Counted from the stretch's first letter, positions 26,171 to 40,329 are shown. The stretch: 64,000 nucleotides of DNA from Octopus vulgaris (GCA_951406725.2 OX597823.1:29822001-29886000), one strand, 5' to 3'. Numbers and translations: made by a program. The notes: generated by a model from the sequence alone, not told the origin.

Positions 26171-26667
26171 ATATATATATATATATATATTGTGAAGTTC
26201 AAACGGTACGCCGACAGGTACAACGCGTTACCAATTCTTCATTCAGCACTCCTACGTGACTAGTCTTCGTAATTCCAAATGGAATTCAATGCAGAGTCCG
26301 CGCGCCGTGTATAGAAAAAGAACGCAGGAAACGTAGTGGGTATCAAAGCCTTATATAATGTATTCGTGTTACGTAAGATTGGCAGACATCAGTTACGTGA
26401 CCATAAGCTCAGTCACGTGAACAAATGCCGCCGATCCTGATCATCGACATTACTCGGCAAATAAATAAATAGATAAATAAATACCTACTTACCTACTTAA
26501 AAACGGATGTTTTTTCCAAAATTTGAACACATGCCTAAAATCATCATGAAATAATATCACAGAGAAATTCCATTCGAGTCGAAATTCCCTTGATTTATAA
26601 ACAGAGAATATTCGCGAAAAGAGATGCAGAAAGAATGCAGTGTTAAGCTCCCCTCTTCTATCGTTGT

Positions 26668-26880
<213 letters not shown>

Positions 26881-27099
26881 TTCCTCACTTACCTCTTGCA
26901 GACGACACTTTATACACTTGGAATAAATACGTTGTCACAATTCCTCATTCAAAAATATATTCGAAAAGTTAGTAAGTGGTTTCAAATACCATAGAAGGCA
27001 CAGCATAACGTTTTTTTCTTTTCTTATGTTCCTCATTTAAATTCATAAAATATTCATATATTATGCTCTATAAATCGCTCTGTTGAATTTTACAATGTT

Positions 27100-28570
27100 T
27101 GAAACCTATCTCTTGTCTCTGGGTTTCGCGGTCATAAATCAGTGTGCTAAGGACACAAGCTCTGTAGACTGCTACCTTCATGCACACCGTTTGTCTACTG
27201 TTCTCCAAAGACTCATGTTGTCATCCTGTCTTCTGTTAAGGCTGCGCTCCAAATACATATGTTGACCTTAGACTCTAGAGAATTATCTGAATGAGAATCA
27301 ACAGACTGAACGATACCTCGGCGGAATTTGAACTCAGAACGTAACGGCAGACGAAATACCTATTAAGCCCACAAGGGGCTTAAACACAGAGAGGACAAAC
27401 AAGGACAGACAAACGGATTAAGTCGATTATATCGACCCCAGTGCGTAACTGGTACTTAATTTATCGACCCCGAAAGGATGAAAGGCAAAGTTGACCTCGG
27501 CGGAATTTGAACTCAGAACGTAACGGCAGGCGAAATACCTATTTCTTTACTACCCACAAGGGGGTTAAACACAGAGGGGACAAACAAGGACAGGCAAACG
27601 GATTAAGTCGATTATATCGACTCCAGTGCGTGACTGGTACATGTGAACTCGCAAACTACCTCCAGTTCGCAGTTGTTTATAGTAATGGTAAGGGAGTGCT
27701 CAACATCTTGTCGCAGTATTTTGTTATCTTCAGACTGATGACCAGTCAAAAGTCTTTACGAGCTCTTGTGAAACTGTCCATCAGGCGAATGAGTCACACC
27801 TCTCAGTTTGTCACCTGTGTTCCATCGTCAAGTAGCGTGTCTTTGATGTGTACCTTGTTCGTGTTTGTCTGAAACAGACGGAACACTTTGCCCTCTGATC
27901 TTGTGAGAAAGTAAAAGCTTTCTCGTTTGATGATCCCAAAGCATACTTTAGCATGGCGGTGATGAAGATGCTAAACAGGATGCAAGTAAAAGCACACAAC
28001 CCTGCTTCAATCCACAACAAATGCTGAAGGCCTCTGAATGAGAGTCAACAGACTGAATGATACATTTCATGCCTGTGTGCAATGTCTGAACGATCACGAG
28101 CGAACTCAGTGGGAATCTGATCTTGGCAACGACTTTGAAAAGACAGTCTCTACACACAAGATTGAAGGCCTTCGAGAGGTCAAAGAAAACGATGGGGAAT
28201 GTTTGATTTTGCTCTCTATATTTTTCTTGTAATTGCCGAATAAAGAAAATCATGTTAATTGTGGAGTCTTCCAGGATGGCCTTTATACAATGGTTGGTGT
28301 CTGGTAGAATGTTAACCAAACCAGATGACTTGCCAGTCAAAAGACAGTCAATGGCGTTACTCAGCTCTTCAGCAGTCGAAAATAGAATTAGTTGCCAACT
28401 GCCGAAGACTGTTAGACGCCTTGGAATGCGTACTAGTGTTGTTAGGCATTCCACAGCATCTAATACTCTGCCCAATAAATTGCTTTCCATGGAGCAGAGT
28501 TCAGAGAAATGCTTTAACCATCTTTCTCTCTGCTCGCCTTTGTCTTTCATAGTTTTACCCGTTACAGTTT
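27100..28570 (-). pseudogene. RTE-clade LINE reverse transcriptase fragment, interrupted by a SINE at 27316-27640
   Basis: MIFFIRQLQEKYREQNQ..FFDLSKAFN..GLKQGCVL; further 3' CVLSTLIY.RET. Confidence 0.88.
27316..27640 (-). mobile_element. SINE family 1 internal tandem units
   Basis: Repeated core+tailA units on minus strand. Confidence 0.88.
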
Positions 28571-28629
28571 ACAGTTATGCTATCTCTCTCATGTCACTCT
28601 ACGGATGTCACTTTCGTCAAATAAATATT

Positions 28630-29526
28630 GTTTTCTCCTCTAGGGACAAGGGAACGTACAGAAAGAACGTAACGGCAGACGAAATACCTATTTCTTTACT
28701 ACCCACAAGGGGCTAAACACAGAGAGGACAAACAAGGACAGCCGTACGGATTAAGTCGACTATATCGACCCCAGTGCGTAACTGGTACTTATTTAATCGC
28801 TCCCCACCCCGAAAGGATGAAAGGCAAAGTCGACCTCGGCGGAATTTGAATTCAGAACGTAGCGACAGACGAAATACCTATTTCTTTACTACCCACAAGG
28901 GGTAAACACAGAGAGGACAAACAAGAACAGACAAACGGATTAAGTCGATTATATCGACCCCTAGTGCGTAACTGGTACTTATTTAATCGACGCCGAAAGG
29001 ATGAAAGGCAAAGTCGACCTCGGCGGAATTTGAACTCAGAACGTAACGGCAGACGTAATACCGCTAAGTATTTCGCCTTGCGTGCTAACGTTTCTGCCAG
29101 CTCGCCACCTTTTTCGTCAAGTAAATATTCTTTTCTCCTCTAGGGACAAGGCTCGAAATTTTTGTGGAGGTGAAGCAGTCGATTAGATCGACCCCAGTAC
29201 GCAACTGGTACTTAATTTATCGAACCCGAAAAGATGAAAGATAAAGTCGACCTCGGCGGAATTTGAACTCAGAACATAAAGACAGACGAAATACCCATTT
29301 CTTTACTACCCACAAGGGGCTAAACACAGAGAGGAAAATCAAGGACAGACAGACGGATTAAGTCGATTATATCAACCCCAGTGCGTAACTGGTACTTAAT
29401 TTATCGATCCCGAAAGGATGAAAGGCAAAGTCGACCTCGGCGGAATTTGAACTCAGAACGTAACGGCAGACGAAATATGGCTACGCATTTCGCCCGGCAT
29501 GCTAACGTTTCTTCCAGCTCGCCGCC
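28630..29526 (-). mobile_element. SINE family 1 array: two elements separated and flanked by the same target sequence
   Basis: TTTCGTCAARTAAATATT at 28612, 29112 and 29529. Confidence 0.9.
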
Positions 29527-29752
29527 TTTTTCGTCAAATAAATATTGTTGCTAAGCTGAAGTTGATAGACATTTACACTACTCTTGGCAGTTTACAGGGT
29601 TTTGCACCTTGCACTCCTAAATGCTGGCAAATTTACTTGGGTGGGATAGCGTTTGTGCGCAAATAGCGCATCGCGCTTTGCCTGGATGACCACGTTGAGA
29701 TTGCTGGAACTTGCTGGAACTTGTTGTTGTTTACACACACACATACACACAC

Positions 29753-29820
<68 letters not shown>

Positions 29821-29866
29821 ATCCAAACAAGAAAACACAAAAAAACACAACAACGCGAGGACGTGG

Positions 29867-29923
<57 letters not shown>

Positions 29924-30747
29924 TTTTTGATTTTGATTTTTCCAGTTTCAGCTTATGAGCTGTGGCCATGCTGGGGCACCGCCATATATATATATATATA
30001 TAATTGTGTTGATTAGAAACGGCTTCCCGTCCAAACATGCTGTTATTAAAGGCACGACTAGGTTTAAATCTAGCCAACTCCATCTTGTAAATAACAGGTT
30101 TGTTGAAAGGCGTGGTAAGGAAATAAATGAATAAATAAATAAATAAATAAATAAATAAACATCAACATAAATAATAAAATGTACACTGGAATTCCGAAGT
30201 AAAATTATCCAGTGCCAAATTAGATTCAGCCAGGCAGAATCCTGAAAAGCTATCAAGTGATATTCTCCAACCAAATAATAGCATAAACTCACCATTCTGT
30301 AAACATTTTATTCTGAGGATGGAGGTGAAACTAACACGCCATAGACATGTCTTCAATACCGCCCGTTCGCGAACCCACACACGCACAGAAATTTGTGTAT
30401 GTACGTATGTATGTATGTATGTATGTATGTATGTATGTATGTATGTATGTATGTATGTATGTATGTATGTATGTATGTATGTGTGCACATGCACGCATGT
30501 ATTGAAACAGCAGGGATCAAAATACCGATGTGTGCATCATTTATAGCACGTTTCTGAGTGAATATTTGCACCAAAATGCTGTTAAATGTCGTATATCTGA
30601 ACAGTGTGACAGACAATAAGTGTTCAGTTGAGTTTATGGATTTTAATGCTAAGCCGTAATTTTTGAGTCAAAAGAAAGAAAGAAAAAGATGATAGATATA
30701 TAGATAGATAGACAGACTGATTGATAGATAGATAGATTGATAGATAG

Positions 30748-30912
30748 ATCCCTGCTGTACTCTTTCACCACTCCTTCTCTCACTCTTTCGTCTGTTGGCC
30801 TGCTCGCTTAGCCAGCGGGGTGGCGTAATTCGAAGGCTAAAACAATGCGAACGCATTGTGACCAGCGATGTGTAGCAACATCTGATGGTCTGGTCGGTCA
30901 CGTGATCACGTG
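30748..30912 (+). mobile_element. SINE family 4, 5'-truncated, tail variant 3
   Basis: Starts GATCCCTGCTGTACTCTTTCACCAC as at 24051, then diverges. Confidence 0.7.
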
Positions 30913-31000
30913 ATATATATATATATATATATACACACATACACACACACAAACACACATATATATATATTGGTGCCTTGTTGTACCATTTAGCTACTTT

Positions 31001-31031
<31 letters not shown>

Positions 31032-31074
31032 CTGTGTGTGTGTGTCTGTGTATGAATGCATATATATATGTATA

Positions 31075-31151
<77 letters not shown>

Positions 31152-31153
<2 letters not shown>

Positions 31154-31465
31154 AGACCCCCTTCGGTCACGACACAGACCATGGGATTGCACCTAGAAAG
31201 TTACCCTCCCAGGCACAAGTCCGGGCAAGATTGTTTATGGAAGACCAGCAGTCGCCCATGCATACCGGCCTCCCCTCTCCACGCCACCAGTGTTATCCAA
31301 GGGAAAGGCAAAGGCCGATACAGCTTGGCACCTGTGACGTCGCAACTGGAGCAACGTAAAATAAAGTGTCTTGCTCAAGAACACAATACGCAGCCTGGTC
31401 CGGGATTCGAGCTCACAACCTCACGATCGTAAGCTCGACGCTCTAGCCACTGAGTCATGCGCCTT
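31152..31465 (-). mobile_element. SINE family 3
   Basis: Close match to 16764-17101 with a small internal deletion. Confidence 0.88.
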
Positions 31466-31561
<96 letters not shown>

Positions 31562-31938
31562 CATATATATATATATGCCTGTTATTATGTCCTGTTATTA
31601 TTATTATTGTTATTTTTATTGTATTTTTGTATTTATATTCGTGTAACATCATCTGTTTTTCCGTCCTTGTTTCGTATACATTCGATGCTTTTTTCCAAGG
31701 AATCTAATGCTCTTAGCTTAGTTTTTCCTTGGGGCTGGCCAGATTGGAGCAATCTCAAGACTAATCAGCCGAAATTGCGAGGATGATCTTCACTGAAGAT
31801 AAAAGGCTTCGAATGACCCGTCCTTGTTTTTTTGTATCGTCTATCTGGATGTTTTTTGTCCCTTTTCATATCACCTAGTTGTCAGGATGTTTTGCGTTCT
31901 TGTCCCATTTTGTAGTTTATATATATATATATGTATAT

Positions 31939-32318
31939 CATCATCATCACCATCATCATTTAGCGTCCGCTTTCCATGCTAGCATGGGTTGGACGGTTCA
32001 ACTGGGGTCTGGGAAGCCAGAAGGCTGCACCAAGCCCAGTCTGATCTGGCAGTGTTTCTACGGCTGGATGCCCTTCCTAAGGCCAACCACTCCGTGAGTG
32101 TAGTGGGTGCTTTTTACGTGCCACCCGCACAGGTGCCAGACGGGGCTGGCAAACGGTCACGGACGGATGGTGCTTTTTACGTGCCACCGGCACGGGGGCC
32201 AGGCAAGGCTGGCAACGGCCACGACCGGATGGTGCTTTTTACGTGCCACCGGCACGGAGGCCAGTCGGGGCGGCGCTGGCAACGAACACGGTCGGGTGGT
32301 GCTTTTTACGTGCCACCA
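31939..32318 (-). mobile_element. SINE/RTE-tail-type element with internal ~62-bp tandem repeats and (GAT)n tail
   Basis: Four copies of GGTGCTTTTTACGTGCCACC. Minus strand AGGAAGGGCATCCAGCCGTAGAAAC. (CAT)n at 3' end. Confidence 0.75.
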
Positions 32319-33213
32319 TAACATAACAAACGGGAAGCGGGATAAAAACAAGATACAGGGACCATTCGCAGCAGATTTCTTCATCAGTCAGATTCCGGAA
32401 AAGTCCTAGCGGTTTTGCACTTATTTATACCTGAGACCACGTGAATACAGCAAGTGCCAGAGCGTTAAGCTAAAAGAATTAACTTTCCGAGAAAAGCAAA
32501 TGAATGTATACAAGGACGAATACAAGAATGAAAATAAAAACAAGAAAGCTAGAATAATACACAACAGACAGACGCCTTTTGGCTACACAACAAGACGAAA
32601 ATAATTGTACATTTACAAATAAATATGTAAAAGAAAGGCTCTTTCGACTATTAGACGAACGTAACGTGATGAAATAATAATACAAGTGCAACAAAAAAAG
32701 AATTATACATGTACAATGGATAAACGCCTTTCGGCTATGCAACAAAAGGCAAATAATTGTACAGTTACAACATAAATAAATAACAGAAAGCGTATTTCAA
32801 CTATCAGACAAACGTAGTAGGCCGGTGCACAGGAGAAATGGAAACTTTTAACAGACCGAGTGGAAGGACAGACGAACGTGACTGGTTTGGATGAAAGCTG
32901 GTCGGAAAGGACGGCAATGCCTTGGCCGGACAGCGATCAGGTGGTAGCAGAGGGAAAGATTTGTAGAGGACAGAGGGATTAAGGAAGAAGAGGGAGGGGA
33001 GGAAAGAGGGACTAAGGAATAGGAAAGAGGGAAAAGAAATCAGAGGGATTAAAGAATAAGAGGGAGGGGAAGAGAGAGGGGTAGAGAGAGAGAAAGGTAT
33101 AAGGGAGTCAAGCGAGAAAGGAGGGAAAAAAGGGACTAAGGAATAAGAAAGGAGGAAAATGAAATCAGAGGGATCGAGGATCAAGAGAGAGGGAAAGAGA
33201 CAGAGACAGAGAC

Positions 33214-33266
<53 letters not shown>

Positions 33267-34249
33267 GGAACAAGGGAGATAAGCGAGGAAGGAAAGAAAA
33301 GGTAAGAGTCGTACATAATATTCAAGGACTATTCCTTTTAACAAAGTAAACAACAGGTTGTACGGTGCGCTGCTTAGATAAATCAAGGGGAGGCCAGAAA
33401 CAACACGACAAAAAACAAGATACGGAAAAACAGACGATAACATAACAAACAGGAAACTAGACAAAATAAAGTTCACTCCTATGGCTCATATCGAATTCAT
33501 GTACACAGAAAAAGTGCATCAGCGCAAGCTGTGAAATTTTCTCCTTCAAAAGCCTTTTCGATTGAAATCAAATGACCCAAATATTGTGTGTAAACCATAA
33601 GACACCAACATTTTGATGTAATTACTGCTCCTCAGTAGCAGACACAAATCCAATCTTTTGGAGCTAACTAAGAAACCCTGTTCATGTACAGAACTTAAAC
33701 AAAACTGAAATTACCTCAGTACGCGTTTGAAACAGAAGAGATCAAAATAATGAGGTATGCCCTTTTTATATTTTTATGAACATACAAAAGTGGAACAGCG
33801 CTTATTTTGGACAAGATTCTCTCTTTAGAGATAGTGTGTTAAAACACAACCTGCTCCAGATAATGTAAGAACTGAACTCAAAAACTAAAGCAGCGTAACT
33901 AAATCTCGTGGCGGTGCAGCATTCTATCGTTTCTGCCAATGCACACAATACAAGACAGTTCTAATAGTAATTTCTTAGTTACAAAGCCACAAATTTTTAA
34001 GAGAGAAGTTTATTGTCGATTTAAATTGAACTGTAATATATAACGAGTACATATTCTCTCAAGCCTGGGAAGATGAAAAGAATGTCAAATTTGGCGCAAT
34101 TTGGACATAGAACAAAGAGAGACAACATATAGACCGAGAGCCAGTCCTGATTTGATTAAACTTAAAGCTCCAAAATACTGGCACGGCACAATATGTGTAC
34201 AAATGGTCATAATACCATGAAACGTGATTCTTAAGTATGCTTAGGTATG

Positions 34250-34770
34250 GATTAATTAATTATGAGACAATCAACTTGTGTAAATAACTAATTTAATTAG
34301 ACTTTAAGCTCCAGTAATGAATCACATTGAATATTACTCCTTAGACACAATTGATCCTTAAATGAAAACTTAAGAAAAAAAACCGGTATGGAAAAAACAA
34401 ATTAAGAAGTTTTAATTACACACTTAATTAGGAATTAATTAGACTTTCTGCTCCAGCGTCAATTACTTCGCAGAATTGTTCCCTAAACCCAATTGAATCT
34501 ATTCATGTCACTTAAGAATCATTTTAGGTATGGATCTCTAATTTAAGAAGCATTGTTTACTAATCACTATACACTAATTAAGGAGAAATATACAGAAACA
34601 CTGTTTTCAAGCTATGTGAACATACAAACATATCTTAGACCCAGTTAACATGAAAGGAAGAAATTAAGAAACATCCCAAGCATTGGAAGACAATAAGAAA
34701 CCTTTTAATTAGATCGTTAATTAGGTCTTAATTAGAGTTTCTGCTCCAGTGTAAATTCCTTCTCATAAAT
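34250..34770 (+). repeat. three diverged subterminal direct repeats upstream of the Academ-like ORFs
   Basis: TAATTAGA(C/G)TTT..GCTCCAG at about 34294, 34436 and 34729. Confidence 0.7.
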
Positions 34771-34998
34771 ATTTTGCTCGTCAAATGAGAAGCAGACCAT
34801 CATCCCCGAGGGTGTACAACCAAACCGAGTAATGGGGACTGCCTACGATAATTATGACGAACTCACCTACACTCTATCAATCTATACGATACGACGGGCA
34901 TCCTTTACCAAAACGAAGATGAAACAAATCGAGGACGGCGTAATGCGTCAGAACGGATAGTCCCGACTCCTTGGGACAAACCACAGAAAAGGAGAAAG

Positions 34999-36960
34999 TT
35001 GGATACAGATGAGCCTGCACTTCTGCCCTACATGAAGACACCAAGAGTGAAATCGTTTTGTTACAGTAAGACAAACGTGTGGGACAGATCCATTGCGACA
35101 CTGCTGAAAGCTCGCAAGGCAGATTACGTGTTCATGATGAACCACGCCTTCGAAATAGATGGAACACCAATGTGGGTTGCATTCAATGCCAGGTATCACA
35201 CAGACACAATTCCAAGAGAGAAGATCTTCTACATGCCTAACATCAGACATTCCCCGACCAGTTTGGATGTTGTGGCTGAAACTCTACGACTGACACAGAA
35301 GTGCGCTCTGGAATGCAACCAACAGTATGGTCTCGTGACATACGACGTCACAATAGCGAAACCTGCCATCAGAATCCAAGACACCGAAAGTCCGACCTTC
35401 GACAACGTATTCATAATGTTCGGCCAGTTTCATCTCCAGATGTGCAGTTTCAAGGCAATTGGCAAACTATTGGCCGAGTCAGGTGGCCCAAGAATCCTTA
35501 CAGAGTGCGACAACGTACTTGCTCCTGGATCGTTGAAGGGATGCGAAAGAGCAATTGGGCCTCAAGCATGTTCTCTCATACCCAATTACGCCTGTTCCGT
35601 TGGCGCTCTATTGCAGCGACGGTACAATGACGAAAACCGATAAAAGCAAGTTGTTCAGATATCTCGAGAGCCGCGCAGGGGAAGTTCGTCAATCAAGCTG
35701 CCAAACACCTTCTGTGATCGACGGGAATTTTTTGTTACATGTCATGCCATCCAAATTACCAAAGACATTCAGTGGACTGGCCCGGACAATCCTTGGCTTA
35801 TGTGCAGCAACAGGTCGTCAACGTGTTGACATCGTGTTCGACACACAACAGTTACCGTCCTTCAAAGATGCTGAACCTGGACGCAGAGTTGCAACGGAGA
35901 TTACCTTCACCATAGTGGGACCAGACCAGGTAACACCCAAGTTTTCCGAGGCAGTGCAGTCCAGATCATTCAAATCGCAGCTCCCCCAGTTCCTAGCTCA
36001 AGAGTAGGAGAAAGACGAATACTCGTCGATTCTGGGTACTCGAACTATGTACGTCGGTGCTGGAAGTCAGAGCTGGAGGTACCGTAATAATCATGGCGTC
36101 ATGATTCGAGAGAGAGCTCCAGAACTAGACTACAACCATGCTGAGGGAGATATACGGGTGGTTCCTCATGTACTGTACATGGCACAAGACTATGAAGAAA
36201 TTGTCATCGATGCGTCTGATACCGATATCGCTGTAATCATGCTATATCACCCCGAGAAAGTGAAGGCCACAGTATGGATAGAAGTGGAAATGAGCGGCCA
36301 GAACACTCGACGGTACGTCAACCTGTCGCAGATAGCAGCATCGATTGGCCCTCTCATGTGCAAAGCTCTGCCTGGATTTCACGCATTTACAGGCTGTGAT
36401 TACACATCGTCTTTTGACAGGCAAGGAAAGATACGGCCTCTTCAAATCCTTGAGCAGAACACAGAATTTCAGTATGCCTTTGCCAAGCTAGGCGATGCCG
36501 ACCCAAACCTGGAAACATTCACCGTCATAGAAAAATATACCTGTCGCATATATCGCCAAATAAGCTGTACCAGCGTCAACGACGCTCGTTAGCGGTGTTC
36601 GAGAAAGCATTCTCCCCATGCGTTAAAGCAAAAGATCCACTCGAGAAACTGAAGGGAATCGACGCAAGCAGTCTACCACCGTACCGCAATGAACTTTTGC
36701 AACAATACCAACGTGCAAGATTCGTTGGGAACTTGTGAAGAGATGCCGGACAATTGTTGCTTGAACAACAACCGCAGTACGGATGGGAACTGATCGATAA
36801 CGAATACACGATCATCTGGTTCCAAGGCGAACAACTGCCTGCGAGTCTGACAGAGGAAAGTCCAGCATCACTGCCCATTGACGAGTTCAGTGATGACGAG
36901 GATGATACCATGTTGACCGTATCCTCTGGTGACGAGCAGTCAGACTCCGGTAGAGAAGAA
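34999..36960 (+). pseudogene. AcademX-like DNA transposon protein (transposase fragment + XPG/FEN1-like nuclease), disrupted
   Basis: VTYDVTIAKPA.RIQ..FDNVFIMFGQFHLQM; YPITPVPLAL..DGTMTKTDKSKL; VIDG; NHAEGD; SDTDIAVI; FHAFTGCDYTSSF..GK; LPP..YGW. Stops and frameshifts between segments. Confidence 0.8.
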
Positions 36961-37584
36961 AATACACACTGCAGCCGTCTGGATAATGGGGCGTCATGTA
37001 CCAACACCTCTACTCTTTGGTGTAGACGTATTGATAGATTAAAAATGTCATGGCGTATGTGTCGTTTAGAGGCAGTACGAGAATTTGAATATCTAGCGTT
37101 ATTTACATATTTGATCATCATATAAAACTTTGTTAATTCCAACAATGCGAATAAGGGGTTTCGATGCTCACTATTATACTTTCAATCCAATCTTGCTTTG
37201 TAAGCCACGGTTTTACCAACAGGCCAAAGCTGCAACATGGTACGTAAACGTTTCAGTTCGTCGTTGGTTTCTAATAGCCAGTTTGCATTTATGTAACACA
37301 TTTTTGTTCAAGGGGCAAGTTGCTCTTTGTTGTAGTTTTAATCAATTTTTTTGTTTGTAACAGTCAGTTTCCATTTTTGTGAAGTTTGTGACGGGACAAG
37401 TCACCTTTAAGAGAAAAATTACTCCTTTAAAAATTAATTTTATTCGAATGAACGAAAGCGATATGCATTATGGGTTGCATTATGCCTTGCCACGTTGATA
37501 GTGACCGGCCTGACTTCTGCAACAAGAAAAAAATAAAGGAAAAGGAAACTATAGTAAACCCCACGGATTCATCGTTTATGTTTT

Positions 37585-37985
37585 TTACTGTTACTTATTT
37601 CAGTCATTGAACCGCGGCCATGCTGCAGCTTCGCCTTGAACGGTTCAGTCGAACAAATGGAATCCAGTTTTGTTTTGCTTTGTTATTAAAGTCTACCAAG
37701 TATTCTATCGGCGTCTTTTACTGAAGCGTTAATTTAAGGAGATATAAACAAACCAACGCCTATTGTCAAACGGTAGAGGGAAACAAGTGTAAGCACATAG
37801 ACACAGACACATACATATACGCATACGAAGAGCTTCTTCATAGGTTCCGTCTATCAAATTCATTCACAAACCATACCTCGGTTCAGCGCTATCGTGAATG
37901 ACCCTTACCAAATGTGCCGCGCAGTAGGACTGAAACCAAAATCACAAGATTACAAAGCGATCTTATTAACCACACGGCTATGCCT
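37585..37985 (-). mobile_element. old SINE family 2 copy
   Basis: TTTCAGTCATT..GCGGCCATGCTG..TTCCGTCTATCAAATTCATTCACAA. Confidence 0.7.
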
Positions 37986-38474
37986 TCGCCTAAAGACAGG
38001 AACGCTAAATTTGAGGGCGATTTGGTTGCTATACCTAAGAGAACATATGAAGATGTGAAAGCTTCCGCGTGTTATCGGTGGGCGTTTAATAGTGCATCTC
38101 AACACGCAGCTATCACATGACCTGTCTGTAATACTTCTTAGTTCAATGACCTCAGCCAGTACACTTGTACCCCCCTCACCATCACAACCACCACCTCCAC
38201 TGTCACCACAACCACAACCGCCACCGCCACTTGCGTCCTTATAATTATCGTCGTCGTCATCGTTAACGCATAACAATAGATATCACAGGTAACAGGTGAT
38301 AGGAAAAAAATTAATGGAAGACAGAATATTAATTACGAGATAGTCTTCATTGTCATTTAGGTCATCGTTGTTGTCATCGTTGTTGTTGTTGTTGTTGTTG
38401 TTGTTGTCATCGTTATTATTGAATCCTAAGCAATACTCTGAACAAATGTTGTTACCATTGTGTTATTGCTCTCC

Positions 38475-38912
38475 TTCTTTTCTTCTTCTTCTTCTTCTTC
38501 TTCTTCTTCTTCTTCTTCTTCTCCTCTCCTCCCTATTCTTCTTCTTTTCTTCTTCTTCTTCTTCTTCTTCTTCTTCTTCTTCTTCTTCTTCTTCTTCTTC
38601 TTTTCTTGTTCTTGTTCTTGTTCTTCTTCTTTTCGCCTCTTCCTATTCTTCTCTTCTTCCTCCTCCTTCTTCTTATTCTTCTTCCTATTCTTCTTCTTCT
38701 TCTTCTTCTTCTTCTTCTTCTTCTTCTTTTCTTCTTCTTCTTCTTCTTATTCTTATTCTTCTTCTTCTTTTCTTGTTCTTGTTCTTGTTCTTCTTCTTTT
38801 CGCCTCTTCCTATTTTTCTTTCTTCCTCCTTCTTCTTCTCATCCTTCTTCTTCTTCTACTTCTTCTTCTTCTTCTTCTCCTCCTCCTCCTCCTTCTTCTT
38901 CTTCATCCTTCT

Positions 38913-38944
<32 letters not shown>

Positions 38945-39688
38945 TTCTTCTTCTTCTTCCTTCTTCTTCTTCTTCTCCTCCTTCCTTGTTCTTGTTCTTC
39001 TTCTTCTTGTTCTTCTTCTTTTCGCCTCTTCCTTCTTCTTCTTCTCTCTTCCTCCTCCTCCTCCTCATTCTTCTTCTTCTTCTTCTTTCTTCTTCTTCTT
39101 CTTCTTCTTCTTCTTCTTCTTCCTATTCTTCTTCTTCTTTTCTTGTTCTTGTTCTTGTTCTTCTTCTTTTCGCCTCTTCCTATTCTTCTCTTCTTCCTCC
39201 TTCTTCTTCTTATTCTTCTTCCTATTCTTCTTTTCGCCTCCTCCTCCTCCTCCTTCTTCTTCTCATCCTTCTTCTTCTTTTCTTCTTCTTCTTCTTCTTC
39301 TTCTTCTTCTTCTTCTTCTTCTTTTCTTGTTCTTGTTCTTGTTCTTGTTCTTCTTCTTTTCGCCTCTTCCTATTCTTCTCTTCTTCCTCCTTCTTCTTCT
39401 CATCCTTCTTCTTCTTCTACTTCTTCTTCTTCTTCTTCTTTTCGCCTCCTCCTCCTCCTTCTCCTTCTTCTTCTTCTTCTTCCTCCTCCTTCTTCTTCTT
39501 CTTCTTCTTCTCCTCCTCCTCCTTCTTCTTCTTCTTCTTCTTCTTCTTCTTCTTCTCCTCCTTCTTCTTCTTCTTCTTCTTCTCCTCCTCCTCCTTCTTC
39601 TTCTTCTTCTTCTTCTTCTTCTTCTTCTTCTTCTTCTTCTTCTTCTTCTTCTTCTTCTTCTTCTTCTTCTTCTTCTTCTTCTCCTTCT
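38475..39688 (+). repeat. 1.2-kb TTC-based polypyrimidine tract with higher-order repeats
   Basis: Recurrent CTTGTTCTT..TTTTCGCCTCTTCC motif. Confidence 0.95.
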
Positions 39689-39871
39689 TGTCGCAATTAC
39701 TGCTGCAGTCGTTGCTGTTGCCGATGTAGTTTATTGTAAGCTTTATTGCTACTGTTGCTGTTGCTGTTGCTGTTGCTGCGGTAGTTTTGGCTGCTACTGC
39801 GGTTGTTGCTGCTGTTGTTGCTATTGCTGCTGCGCTAATTTTTGCTGAAGTTGATATTTTCGCTGTAGCTG

Positions 39872-39903
<32 letters not shown>

Positions 39904-40329
39904 GTTCTTGCTGGCGTTGGTTTCTTTCTTGTTTTTTTTTTTTCTTTTGTTTTCTTTTTTTTACAAATAATTGAAATTGCTGCCGTTTGTATTGTTATTA
40001 TGTTTATGAAAAATCATGCCGTAACATGAAATTCCGTAACTCGAAATGTCGTTCCCACAGGAGGCCTCCATGTTCACCGACTTTTCATGTAACACGGAAA
40101 TCACCAGATACTAGACTTCGGTTCTCGGACTTTCTCGTTACGACATGATGACTCATGGTTGCAGTGTTTCCGTAACGCGGCGGTGTCTGTCCCTTACTGT
40201 AGTCCTGCTGTTTCTGGTACTGTAATTGCAGTTGATGTGGTAGTAGCTGCTGCTGCTGCTGTTTGTCTTCGCTTATTGTTATTATTCCGGACAAGAATTG
40301 ATATAACTAGTGTAAAGTATTTTGTTAAC

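Noticed and set aside
26191-26560. Possible solo LTR (TGTGA..TCACA); similarly 45591-45822
   Set aside because: No target-site duplication or second copy in the window.
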